From: Eledone cirrhosa
Taxonomy: Eukaryota
DNA: 64,000 nt
NCBI GenBank assembly: GCA_964016885.1
Contig: OZ024753.1
Location: 35,650,001-35,714,000, forward strand
Direction of reading: 5' to 3'
Shown here: in pieces, positions 37,410-49,669 of the stretch
How positions within the stretch are numbered: position 1 is the first letter of the stretch
How the letters are laid out: each line of letters starts with the position of its first letter
Translations under genes and position numbers: made by a program
The notes under the pieces: model-generated
What the model saw: the letters and a program-made list of their open reading frames with translations, nothing else
What the model was told of the DNA's origin: nothing
The model's database searches: none

Positions 37410-37474
37410 TATTTCATTATACATATTTCAAGGACACCAATGCAAATTATGGTGCGCTTTCATCAGATAAAATA
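37410..37474 (-). ncRNA. Minimal type I hammerhead ribozyme (family A, AUA cleavage triplet)
   Basis: Minus strand: TATTTTAT-CTGATGA-AAGCGCACCA taatttgcat TGGTGTCCTT-GAAA-T atgt ATA-ATGAAATA. Core intact, 8-bp stem I, stem II with one C.C mismatch. Confidence 0.8.
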
Positions 37475-37911
37475 TAATATAGATCAGTTTTATAAACAAA
37501 TATTGACATACCCTTAAAGAATGCGACCATATCGGTTGGAGGCTCCCGGATAGTGGGGTTACTAATTTTATTATTGGTCTATTATGCAAATTAGTGTCGG
37601 AGAGGTTTAAATCCCAGTACATTTAAATTAAGCCGTTGGAATAGGGAATATATATATATATGTGGTCACAAATACACTGATATGCTTGCCCTCATATATT
37701 TACTTATGCACACATTTTTTCACTATACACATGCATTTGTACATACACACATATGTACATTTGTGAGTGAATATACACACATTTATACACATACCCTAAC
37801 TATATTTCGTTATTTTTTTTATATATCTCTTGCATTACTTTTATTTATATATTGTTTTGCCCGTTAAACTTTTGCCTTTCTTGAGGAAATTTTTCAAATA
37901 TTTCAGTTTTA

Positions 37912-37989
37912 AATTACCTTGTCTGATGAACGAATGAGGACGTTTTTTGTATTCGTCTTATTCGGGAAACCTCTGGTAATGAGGTAATT
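37912..37989 (+). ncRNA. Type I hammerhead ribozyme (family B, GUA triplet)
   Basis: AATTACCTTGT-CTGATGA-aCGAATGAGGACG..CGTCTTATTCGg-GAAA-CC tct GG-TA-ATGAGGTAATT. 11-bp stem I with 2 G.U pairs; A.G mismatch at the base of stem II. Confidence 0.75.
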
Positions 37990-38912
37990 ATATTGTATTG
38001 TTTATTATACATTATATATATATATATATATATTTTACAGACTTTTGTGTCAAATCATCATCCAGATAGATGTCGAAACGGCAAGAGCTCTCTCTCTCTC
38101 TCTCTCTCTCTTTATATATATATATATATATATTTATACATAATAATATAGATGAGGTGTCAAATTTTCATTATATTTATTGATGTGGGATGTGCGTTTC
38201 GCGATTCATCAGCTTTGCCTTTTATCCTTATGGGTCGATGAAATAAAGCACCAGTAATGCACTGGGCTTCATTTATTCAACTTACCCCTCCCTCGACATT
38301 GTTATTAAATCCACCGACAATCTACATAATCTTCTGGTTCACGGTTCCTTCATTTCTCATTCAGCCTGGATCCTTTGCTAACTCCTGTTTCTGCTGCAAC
38401 ACTTGTCCCTTCACCCACAAAATTACAACCCTACATAAACCTGACTAATTCTTTCAGGTCACTGGCTGATTCATTTATACTTCCAAGAACATCATCACCA
38501 TCACAACCATCATCATCCTCATTTTTATGTCCACTTTTCCATGCTTGTATGGGTTGGACAGGTCCTTTGTAAAGCACACCCTCGCTCCATCATTTCCACT
38601 GTGTGATTTTCAGCATTTTGAGACCAGCTCTAACTACTTCTGCTCAGGTTTTTCTCAGTCTGTCTGTATTACAGCTTCCTCTCACTGACATCTCCTGGCA
38701 CTTCTATATTTATCTGCTGCATAAAATACCAACTCAGCAGCTTATTGTAAAAGTGGTTGTCAAGTGGCTGATATCTGACTGACCCAACAACAATGAATCA
38801 CTGAGGCCTTATAGATCCTCCATTCAATTTTCTAAGCTGTATCTTGCTATTAGCAACTTTACACATCACCATGGATTTTTTTGTCTCCTACTTACATCAT
38901 GAACAACAATTG

Positions 38913-39035
38913 CTGTATATACTTGAATATAAGTCAACCTCCCATCTTTTTTTATGTCTGAGAAATGAGCAAAAAGTCAAACCCTGTTTATAAGCCAAGG
39001 CAGTTAATCAACACATTGTTTAGATGGTGTATATA

Positions 39036-39074
<39 letters not shown>

Positions 39075-39141
39075 CGCTATATTTTACCATCAATTTTTTT
39101 TTTTGTCACATATTCCTTGGCTTATATTCAAGTATATATGG
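38913..39141. mobile_element. Tc2/pogo-like MITE
   Basis: TIRs CTGTATATACTTGAATATAAGTCAA / TTGGCTTATATTCAAGTATATATGG followed by TA. Confidence 0.65.
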
Positions 39142-41141
39142 TAATTTTCCAGTTAAATGCAGATAACTCAGCCTTCTGCTAAAAACACTGCTTAGTACCC
39201 TCATACATTTTTATTTGTGTATTAATACAAAATGATGGGGGACAAATTTTCCATTTCAAATGTTCCTTAATTCTGTCAAATTCTGTTTGTTTGTTTTTTT
39301 CATTTTATTGTATTTCATGGAGAAACTGCAATAAATGTTGGCCTTAGTTATTTCTCATTATTATGTTGGTGTTTGGTGGATTGGCAGTATCGGTAGAGGG
39401 TCGGACGCCATGCTTTCCAGCATAGTTACGTCCCTTTACGATCTGAGTTCAAATCCCACCGAGGTTGACTTTGCCTTTCATCCCTATGGGGTCGATAAAA
39501 TAAAGTACCAGTAATGAACTGGATATGTGTTGGCCTTGTGCCTAAAGTAGAAACAATTATGTTGGTGTTTGGAAAATAGGTTAAATATAAAATTGAGCAG
39601 GTTATATATGTTAAATCATTGATCCACTCTGTGTGTGAGTCTGTGAAACATAGACATATACACCAGGTCCAAACACAAAGGAACCAAACTCTCACTGCCT
39701 CTGTCTCTCATGCTCTCCCCCTCTCTCACAACTATGAGCAAATGGGGGCTCACATGCTGGCCATTCTGTGGCCTCAGAAAATATTAGTCTCGAAAATTGT
39801 TCTGCAGTGGGCCATGAAAAAGTAGTTTGTGGGCCATATTCATCTCATAAGCTGCATGTTTGAAATACCTACCTTAAAGAGTATACTACAATATGGCTGC
39901 ATCAAGACAAAAGATAAAAACCAAACAAAAAAAATCCCTCAAAATGTCAAGCAGTCTTCAGTTGCTATATAACACTTCATTCTTTCCATCTCCCTTAACC
40001 TTTTAATGACCTGTTATTATCCTACTATAAATAAGTATCTCCCATAGCTCCCATTCATGACTGGCTGCAGGCTTTGTCTTCTTCTCCTACTATGATCCAT
40101 TTACTCACTGGAGTAATGAATGGATGTTGTTACTGTCATGTCATGTCATGTTGTTTGATCTTTCCATCTGTAGCCTAATGCTCCACTGACATTTTTGCTT
40201 TAGTTGACATATCCTCAATCTATCCTTCTGTACTAAATAATTGTTTCTACTTTTTGCATTTTATATTTATTGGGCCCCTTAAGGATGAATGGCAAAGTAA
40301 TGCTAACCTCAGCAAGATTTAAACTCAGAACATAAATGGCTGTAACTATATGCTGGAAAGCATGTTGTCCGAAGCTCTACTAATATTGCCAATCCATCCA
40401 TATAAGCACAGTTTTCCAAAAATTCCAATTAACTAATTTTATTAGTGTTATCTCCCTTGTTTGTTTGTTTTATTTTACATATTCAACATTCTTAGCGGGA
40501 GTTTTTGTCTACTAACTGCTAAATCTGTGAAAGTTTTGAAAGGGAAAATTATCACATGGTTTTTACAATCAATACAAAGGGGTAGTAAAGGGTAGACTAT
40601 TGGCGTGTAACAGAGTTGCTAGAAGAAGCAGTCTATTTCAGCCTAATTTTTTACTCAACCATAAAGGAGTTAGGACAAATTATAGAAAGTACATATACAT
40701 ATTGATACATAAGTATAAACACATATTCTTCTTTTTGTAGACTTTGTATATAGGTGGAACATCATAATCTTTTAAGTGCTTACAAAGGGCCTCAAAAGGA
40801 CACAACCTGGCCTTGCTTCCATCCTATCAGTCATGATATCTTTGAAAAGGATCAGGGACACAGCGCTTCCATTTCTAACTAAACAGTCAGTAAAAAAAGA
40901 AAAAAAACATATGTCTGAAACATAATCTTGTGAAAATTTGTTCATACTCTTGTCAAAACTATGTATATCAGGGCATCTGGGTTTCTGGGTCATTTGTCTA
41001 ACTCTATTCTCATGATTTCATTTACATCTACTTATGCTTCTCATGAATATTACAAAATATTACATAAACACTACTTGACTGTTTACTTAATTGAATCTAC
41101 TTCAAAAGGATAAAATGCAAAGATGACTGACCGAGGTGAGG

Positions 41142-41648
41142 TTAACCCTTTAAACATTTAAACCAGATGTATCTGGCCAGAATTCTTTCACCTCTTTCTG
41201 TTCAAACTAACCATAACTGACCCCTCATACTGACTTTAACCCTTTAGCATTTACATTACTCTCTATTTACTTTTGTATTTTCATGGTAAAGACTTTACCT
41301 CACATAATTATCTTACACAATATCGAATCTATGAGAATTTGGTATTTATTTTGATAACAATACCTTAAGTATGAGTGGCTGGTTACAGCTGGTTTGAACA
41401 GAAAAAGGTGAAAAAATTCTGGCCGGCTATGCCCGGTTTAAATGCTAAAGGGCTAAACCATCCATATCTGGCTAGAATTCTCTCACCTCTTTCTGTTCAA
41501 ACCAGCTGTAACTGGCCACTCATACTGATGTTAAGGTATTGTTCTCAAAATAACTAATATCAAAATCTCGTAGATTTGATATTATATGAGATATTTATGT
41601 GAGGTAAAGCCTTTACCATGAAAATATAATAGTATATATAGAGTAATC
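41142..41648. mobile_element. Nested piggyBac-type MITEs (inverted copy 41240-41452 between two partial forward pieces)
   Basis: Same body as the 12729 and 29090 copies, present in both orientations. Confidence 0.75.
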
Positions 41649-41965
41649 ATCATCATCATCATCATTTCATTTTACGTCCACTTTTCCCTGCTTGCAAGGG
41701 TGGGACGGGAACTGATTCTGGCTTGATTTCTACAGCTGGATGCCCTTCCTAACACCAACCTCATTTACAGTGAGTGGTGGGTGCTTTTTTGGCGTGGCAC
41801 CTCCACGACCATTTTGCAGTGGTCATTTCTACAGCAGAGTAAACTGGAGCAATGTGAAATAAAGTGTCTTGTTCAAGGAAACAACACATCATCAGGTCTG
41901 AGAATTGAACTCACAACCTTTCGCTTGCAACGCCAATGCTCTAATCACTAAGCCATGTGCCTCCA
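41648..41965 (-). mobile_element. tRNA-derived SINE
   Basis: Reverse complement of the 62975 family, with an internal deletion. Confidence 0.85.
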
Positions 41966-42002
<37 letters not shown>

Positions 42003-42204
42003 AGTGAGTGTGTGTGTGGGGGGGGGGGGGGGGTAAGCATAAGCAAAAGGAAAATAATCTAGATTTTAGTGTCTGGAATGTTGTGCAACTTTACACATGG
42101 CACATTCACTTTATGTTATCTTAATGACCCAAATATAAACTAAAATTCTTACAATGACAAAAAGACTTCTAGTACAGGAGGTACGTCTGTTATAGAAGTG
42201 ATGT

Positions 42205-42710
42205 ATACATGCAAAAGCGACTGAAAAATTCATAGACTGAGAAGTTCATAGGCTGACACTCTCATGGAATGACCAAATGAGGTTTATTTTTCAACATAAT
42301 CACTGGAAAGAAAAATGTAGTTATTAATAAGAAGAGTTGAAATTAATGCATGCAAGATTTCACAGCTCTAACATCGCTCCTTCATAGGCTAACCAAGATA
42401 CTCTCATGGAATGACCAAATGAGGTTTATTTTTCAACATAGACCTTGGAAACAAACAATGCAGTTATTTATAAGAAGAGTTGAAATTAATGCATGCAAGA
42501 TTTCACAGCTCTAGCATCATTTATTTATAGTCAGTCTATGACGAAGATACTCTCATGGAATGATCAAATGAGGTTTATTTTTCAACATAGTCCCTGGAAA
42601 GAAACAAGGCAGTTATTAATAAGAAGAGTTGAAATTAATGCATACAAGATTTCATAGCTCTAGCATCACTCCTTCATAGTCAGCCTATGAAATGTTCAGC
42701 CTACCCTCAT
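42205..42710. mobile_element. Mariner-type MITE with three tandem internal ~160-bp units (single-unit copy at 57752-57950)
   Basis: TIR-like AAGTTCATAGGCTGAC / GTCAGCCTATGAA..TTCAGCCTACCCTCATA; body ACTCTCATGGAATGAYCAAATGAG repeated 3x. Confidence 0.75.
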
Positions 42711-43478
42711 ATATAAACAATTGTAAGTAGATATGTGTGTGTGCCTGTGTGTGTGTATGTGTATGTGAGTATGTGTGTGTCTGTGTGTATGTATTCACTC
42801 TAGAAGGTGGTAATGCTGGAGTCACAATAGAATAAACCCAGTACACTCTGTAAAATGTGTTGGCATTAACAATGAGTAGCCAGCCTTAGAGACCAATCCT
42901 GTAAAAATTAGTTGTGAACGTGCAAGATATGGTCACATGACATATCTCAATGCAGTACGTGACAATCTCTTTAAATCATGCAAGTATGGGAAATAAATGT
43001 TATACAATGGTGGTGGTGTTGTTGTTGTTCTTGTGGTGGTGGTGTTGTTGTGGTGGTGGTGGTGATGATGGTGTTGACGATGATGATGATGATTTTTTAT
43101 ATCAGAGAACCAGGGGAATCTTTGGATGTGTTGATATCAAAAGAGTTAAGAAAACAGTTTTTTTTTTCATGTTTAGGGGCTCATTAAGCTGACCCTTACC
43201 CAGTTTCATGTAGCGTTAAATGACTGAGAATACAAGAACCCCTCTCCCTCTAGGACAGTCCTTCACAAAATACTATTGGTATTCCTATTTTCAGCTAACT
43301 TGACTGGAGCAATGTGAAATGAAATACCTTGCTCAAGGAGGAGATAGTATGCCACCACCCATTTATTGAAATTCTGTTCGGTCTATGTTAGCTATGCTTG
43401 TGTGTTTACTGTATATATTATCATCATATATATCTATATATATCTATATCTCTCTCTCTCTATATATATATATATATA

Positions 43479-43555
43479 CAGGGTGTCCCCCCAAAAAATA
43501 TATACACTTTGATTAGAATGTTGTTGAAGTGTGTATACATTTTTGGGACACCCTG
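43479..43555. mobile_element. 77-bp Tc1-type mini-MITE (copies at ~56096-56187 and ~57987-58067)
   Basis: TA|CAGGGTGTCCC...GGGACACCCTG|TA. Confidence 0.8.
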
Positions 43556-43574
43556 TATATATATATACATATAA

Positions 43575-43687
43575 AGGAACAAGTATGACCCTGACGGCAG
43601 AGCTCAAGCCGTTTCGACGGCTAATTCTGGACTAGAATTAACCATCGAAATGGCTTGAGCTCTGCTGTCGGGGTCATACTTATTCCT
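43575..43687. repeat. Near-perfect palindrome, ~54-bp arms
   Basis: AGGAACAAGTATGACCCTGACGGCAGAGCTCAAGCC...GGCTTGAGCTCTGCTGTCGGGGTCATACTTATTCCT. Confidence 0.92.
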
Positions 43688-43880
43688 ATTACCCACTCTA
43701 CTACCCTAAGTATTGAGTACTTTGGTGCGTTATGGTCCATCTGGTTCCTTACCACATTTCCTTTGTATAAACACACACAGACACATATATATATATACAC
43801 ACAAACACATATATATACATATATCTAGAGTGGGTAAAATTCCCAAAGATATATATGTATATATGTATATGTATATATAT

Positions 43881-43957
43881 AATTCCATTTACCAAAGGTT
43901 TCATGAAGACAGACAAGCTCGACACAGACGTCTGAAATCACTCATCAGAATGAAATT
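43881..43957 (-). ncRNA. Type I hammerhead ribozyme (family B, GUA triplet)
   Basis: Minus strand: AATTTCATT-CTGATGA-GTGA tttc AGAC..GTCT gtct TCAT-GAAA-CC ttt GG-TA-AATGGAATT. Confidence 0.78.
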
Positions 43958-44527
43958 TAATAAAATTTCATGTTGTTTATTACATAACTAAATAGCTCTG
44001 TAGCTTACACAGAGCACTCTCCTTTCCTACGGAAACACTTAATATATATATGTATCATCATCATCATCATCATCATCGTTTAACATCCGTGTTCCACGCT
44101 TGCATGAGTTTGGACGGGGGTTTTCCCACTTGAGGCAAGAGTGGTTGTCTTGCTCACATAGGACTGTCTGGCGGGTTTTCTACAGCTGGATGCCCTTCCT
44201 AACACCAACCACATTTACAGTGTGGGGCTGGGAGGTTTTTACCGTGTTGCCTACACGGCCACATTTACAGCGTGGACTGTGTGTTTTTTTGTCGTATATA
44301 TATATATATACACACACATATATATATATACACGCACACATATATATATATATACACGCATACATATATATATATATACACGCACACACACATATATATA
44401 TATATATACATGCACACATGTATATATAACTATATATAATAGAATTGTTATCAGACGTGGCATGAAATATTCAACATTTTAAGATCTACGTGACAGAATT
44501 GGTAGATCATCTGGCAAATTGCTTTAA

Positions 44528-44731
44528 CCCCTAGTATTTAAACCGGCCGAATCTGGCCAGAATTCTCTCACCTCTTTCTATTCAAACCTGTTGTTGCTGG
44601 CTGTTCATACTGACATTAAGTTATTGTTCCCAAACTAAATATCAAAACCTCTTAGATTCAATATTATGTGAGATAAAGCCTTTTCTGTGAAAATATAATA
44701 GTAAATATAGAGTAATGTAAATGCTAAAGGG
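44528..44731. mobile_element. piggyBac-type MITE copy
   Basis: TTAA|CCCCTAGTATTTA...TAAATGCTAAAGGG|TTAA. Confidence 0.8.
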
Positions 44732-46494
44732 TTAACAGAATTTATTCTGGTTGTTTATGTTCTGAGTTCAAATCCTGCTAAGGTCAACCTTGCCTTTCAT
44801 CCTTCTAAGATTGATAAATTAATGTACCAGTAAAGTACTGGTGTCAATTCAAATTACTTCTCCCTCTTCTCTGCAAATCGATGGACTGTATTGTCTAAAG
44901 TGTCCTTTTCTAAGATAATGGTTTCTGATTTAGGCACAAGACCAACAATTCTTTGGGTGTGGGGTGAGGAGAAAGTCGATTAAATCGACCCAGTGCATTA
45001 GCGGTGCTTTATTTTATGTGGTTTAAGACTTCATTGGGGAGTTGAGTCCAAGTGTGGGGAACCTTGGGCATGTGTCCTCAACTAAAACCAATAATCAAAT
45101 GTCCTCAACTAAAACTGTGAATCAAGTGTCCTCAACTTTAGCCTTGGATCAAATGTCCTCAACTAAAACTGTGAATCAAGTGTCCTCAACTTTAGCCTTG
45201 GATCAAATGTCCTCAACTATAGCCACAAATCAAATGTCCTTAACTACAGCCTCAGATAAATTGTTCTCAAACTATAGCCATGGATCAATCAATGCCTTGT
45301 GAGTGAAATTTGGAAGTCACACCATTAAATATTGGGTCAAGGTGTACTATAAATGTTTTTAACGTAAGATAATAAGTTGAAACATATCAATTTGAGATAA
45401 AAGCAAGAATTAATGATATTACATACAGTTTTAACATTACCTGTGAACTACATGTTTTTGATTATGTATAATCTTAACTGTGACTTAGGATTAATTAAGT
45501 CAAGAGACTTGATTTTTTCCTATTTTTATCTTTATTTTATTTCTACATTTTTGTAATGGTAACACAGCAGTCTGGCATACGGTAGGTGTGAGTTCAAATC
45601 CCACTAGTGACATTGTCCCCCTTTTTTCCCTCTCTAGAGGTTTATATGCTCACCATCTTCGACTATTTTTCACACTCAAAAACCTACATTGAAGCAATTA
45701 GCTCTTAAGATTAAGGCTGTAATCTGGTCCATCCAGCCGCAGAAACTAAGCCAAAGTACAGATCCATATAAGCAAGAAATGGTCACCTGACCTGTCTGCC
45801 TACATAATGTGGCGAGCATTTAAACTGGCCATATCCGGCTAGAATTCTCTCACCTCTTTCTGACCAAACTGGCTGTAACTGGTCACTCATATTGATGTTA
45901 AGGTATTGTTCTCAAAATAAATATTATCAAAATCTCATAGATTCTATATTATGTGAGATAATTATGTAAGATAAAGCCAACAACAACAACAACAACTGAT
46001 TTTATAATATGAAACCCAAGTTTCATATTATAGAATCAGGGACAATTTCAGGCAATTTGAAATGAAAATAGGTTGACTAGCCCCACCTTACATATTTTCT
46101 TGAGGACCTATAACTATTTTCTCACTGGTGAAACTGTCACAGCTTTGCCATAACATTTCAACTGTTTTTGGTATTTTTTTTATTATTTTACATTCCATTT
46201 TTTCATACAAGGGAAGAGGAATATCATTCTTTTTCTTCTTTTGTCTTCTTCTTCTTCTTTGTCCTCATTGTTGTGGGTGTCGTTATCAATGATGGTGGCG
46301 GCGGTGGTGGCGGCGGCGGTGGTGGTGGTGGTGGTGTTGGTGTTGGCAGTAGTGGTAGTGTCAATGTGGTGGTACTGTTGTTGGTAGTGGTTGTGATGTT
46401 GGTAATGTTGTTGTTAGTGTGAAGCTCCTGTTGGTAATGGTGGATGGTGGTGGTCGTGGTTGTGATGGTAGTGGTGGTGTTAGTGTGATGATGA

Positions 46495-46528
<34 letters not shown>

Positions 46529-46884
46529 GGTGATGTTACAACCAGTGGTGTTAATAATAGTTTCTTACATATTTTTTGTTAGTTTGAAGCACATGGAAAG
46601 AGAAGGAGGAGGAAGAGAGGAGGGGGGAGGAGGAGGCGGAAGAGAAGGAGGGATGTAATCCTTCATGACTTATTAAAAGAAGCATTTATTTTTATTGTTT
46701 ATTTTATTGTTACTTTATTTTAAAAGGGCGATTACCCCCCCCCCCCCCCTCTTACCACCACCAGAGAGTAGTTCCATTATCTTCTTCATTACAGCTGCTA
46801 ACACTTGTTTAGTTTAAACTAACTCAGCATTGGTGTAGTAGGAGTGGGGCAAATGTGGGAACAGTTGATAAAGTTTCAGTAAAA

Positions 46885-47360
46885 CCATGTGGCAGGTCAA
46901 GACTTTGAGGTCAACACATCAAGGTCAACACATCAAGGTGAGCAATACCATGTGGCTGGTTAAGACATTGAGGTCAACAATACCAAGGTAAGCATTACAA
47001 AGTGGCTGGTCAACAACACCATGACAGGTCAAGACATTGAGGTCAACAACACCAAGAGGCAGGTCAACACACTGAGGTCAAACATCAAGGTCAGCAATAC
47101 CATGTGGCTGGTCAACACACTGAGGTCAACAACAAGAGGTAGGTCAACACACCAAGGTCAACAACACCAAGAGGTAGGTCAACACACCAAGGTCAGCAAT
47201 ACCATGTGGTTGGTCAACATACTGAGGTCAACACATCAAGGTCAGCAATACCAAGAAGATGATCAGCAACATCAAGAGGCTGGTCAAGACATCAAGGTGA
47301 AAGTGGCAGTCAGCAATACCAAGGTCAGCCAAACCAATAAGCTGGTCAACACACCAAGTA
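46885..47360. repeat. Degenerate tandem repeat built on GGTCAACAC / GGTCAGCAATACC
   Basis: More than 20 irregularly spaced GGTCAA/GGTCAG motifs. Confidence 0.75.
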
Positions 47361-47689
47361 AATCCAACCTTACATGAGTTAGTTCAGAGGGTAACATGCT
47401 GTACTGAACAGCTGAGGGAACTGAAGACCAACACGAAATAAAATGTTTTACTGAAGGACACAATACATCATCTAGTCTAGGAACTGAAGCCACAATTCTC
47501 TAACTATTAAGCTACACACCTCTACTTTATGTATGCTGCCAAGTGGTTTAGGCTTGTGTAACAACCCAAAACTGGTTGCCACAGCTGGGATTTAACACAT
47601 CTATCTACCCACTCTACATCTTGCTGTGTATCGAGTACTCACTTGATTATTGGTCTCCTCGGTCTCAGCACTGCAGACTCTATCTATAT

Positions 47690-47968
47690 ACATATATATA
47701 AATGCATATATATATATATATAAGTACATATATCATATATACATATACATATATATATATATATAAGTACATATATCATATATACATATACATATATATA
47801 TAAGTACATATATCATATATACATATACATATATATATATATATATATAAGTACATATATCATATATACATATACATATATATATAAGTACATATATCAT
47901 ATATACATATACATATATATATATATATATATAAGTACATATATCATATATACATATATATATATATA
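47690..47968. repeat. AT-rich minisatellite (TA)nAGTACATATATCATATATACATATACA
   Basis: Six tandem units. Confidence 0.9.
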
Positions 47969-48189
47969 TTTAGAAGTCCAACGAGCTTTTGATTCCAGAT
48001 CAATACAGATCGAACCTTGAGCTGATCAATCGCGAAATGCACATCACTAGTCAATAAACCTAATGAAGACCTAACAAATCATCCTTTTTATTATTAATAT
48101 ATATATATATATCATCATCATCAACATCATTATTGTTTAGCATCCATTTTCCATGCTAGCATGAATTATGTGTGTATATATATACATTT

Positions 48190-48492
48190 TTTCATTTCAT
48201 TTTACGTCCACTTTTCCCTGCTTGCAAGGGTGGGATGGGAACTGATTCTGGCTTGATTTCTACAGCTGGATGCCCTTCCTAACACCAACCTCATTTACAG
48301 TGAGTGCTGGGTGCTTTTTTGCCGTGGCACCTCCACGACTACTTTGCAGTGGAATGATAGGGACCCCAGTCCCTATCATCTCATTTCTACAGCTGAGTAA
48401 ACTGGAGCAATGTGAAATAAAGTGCCTTGCTCAAGGAAACAACACATCACCCGGTCTGAGAATTGAACTCACAACCTTTCGATTGCAAGGCC
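48190..48492 (-). mobile_element. tRNA-derived SINE, 5'-truncated
   Basis: Near-identical to the 60222-60561 and 62975-63316 copies. Confidence 0.85.
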
Positions 48493-49669
48493 ATATATAT
48501 ATATATAACAGAATTCAATAACATGAAAACATAATTCTAATTTAACCAGCCAGTTGTCTATAACAATGGAATGTCAAGACAGCATCACATGACTTTAACA
48601 ACATAAAGACTGGTGAGAACAATAAATATTTAATAAAGAAAATATTGTAAAATTTACTCCATAAACACAATAGAATATAATACTATATATATTACTTGTT
48701 TTTCAAAAGGTTTGGGAATTTAGTTTGAAATTCAACACCATTTGTAGTTACATCCAGTGAATTGGTAGAGTCATTAGAATATCACATAGAATGCTTTGTG
48801 GTATTTGTTTCAGTTTTCTGCACTCCTATTGAAGACGCTTAACCCTCAAGGATGCATCCCATGACAACCAAAACTTGAAAAAACAATAATAAAATTGTGA
48901 AGTTTGAAAGTCACTACAATGTGGTTGTGGTGAAAATATCCAGGTAACAAGATCGACAAGTAATTCTGTTTTATGTGGTGAATAAAAACAAGAAAAAACC
49001 AGAGATGATGTTACCTTCGAATTTATTGTACCTATATTTCAAACATTTCGTCTTTCATCAGGGTTTATAGCAAAGAAACTCTGGTGTAGATGATTGTTAG
49101 ACCAGCGTTGCTGAGGTCAACTTTGCTTTTCATCCATTCGGGGTCGATATAAAAAGTACCAGTTTAATGGTGGGGTTCATTCTTCTTTTATATCTCTTTC
49201 TCACTTCCATTCTCTCACTTTCTTTATATTTCTCTGGAAGAAATCTGCTGAATTTAGATTTGGAATGTGAGGAGATGGGCTCTGCCAGGTTTTAAAAAAA
49301 ATGTCTTAGAAATGCTGTATATCAATGTGGCGCCCCCTACGATTCCCTCAGGATTTATGGGTCCATATATTCAGTAATTCAGTAGTGCCTTCAACATAAG
49401 ACTGCTTGGCAGAAAGTCTCTCTCATGTACTTTAAGGGTAAAGAAGGGTTCATACATTCTGAACATGTTGAGAAGATATTCAGCTTCCTAGATTTAGGGC
49501 AGTAGATATATGATAGACTGGGAATTTCTCACGAAATGAGGGGTATGAGTGGGGTACAAGTGGGGGTAGGGCACCACCAGAAGAATTCCATCTAAAAAAA
49601 TTACTGTGAAAACCAACTGTTCATTATTTACATATTACCACCCTGCAAGGCAGTAATACTGTTGACTCA

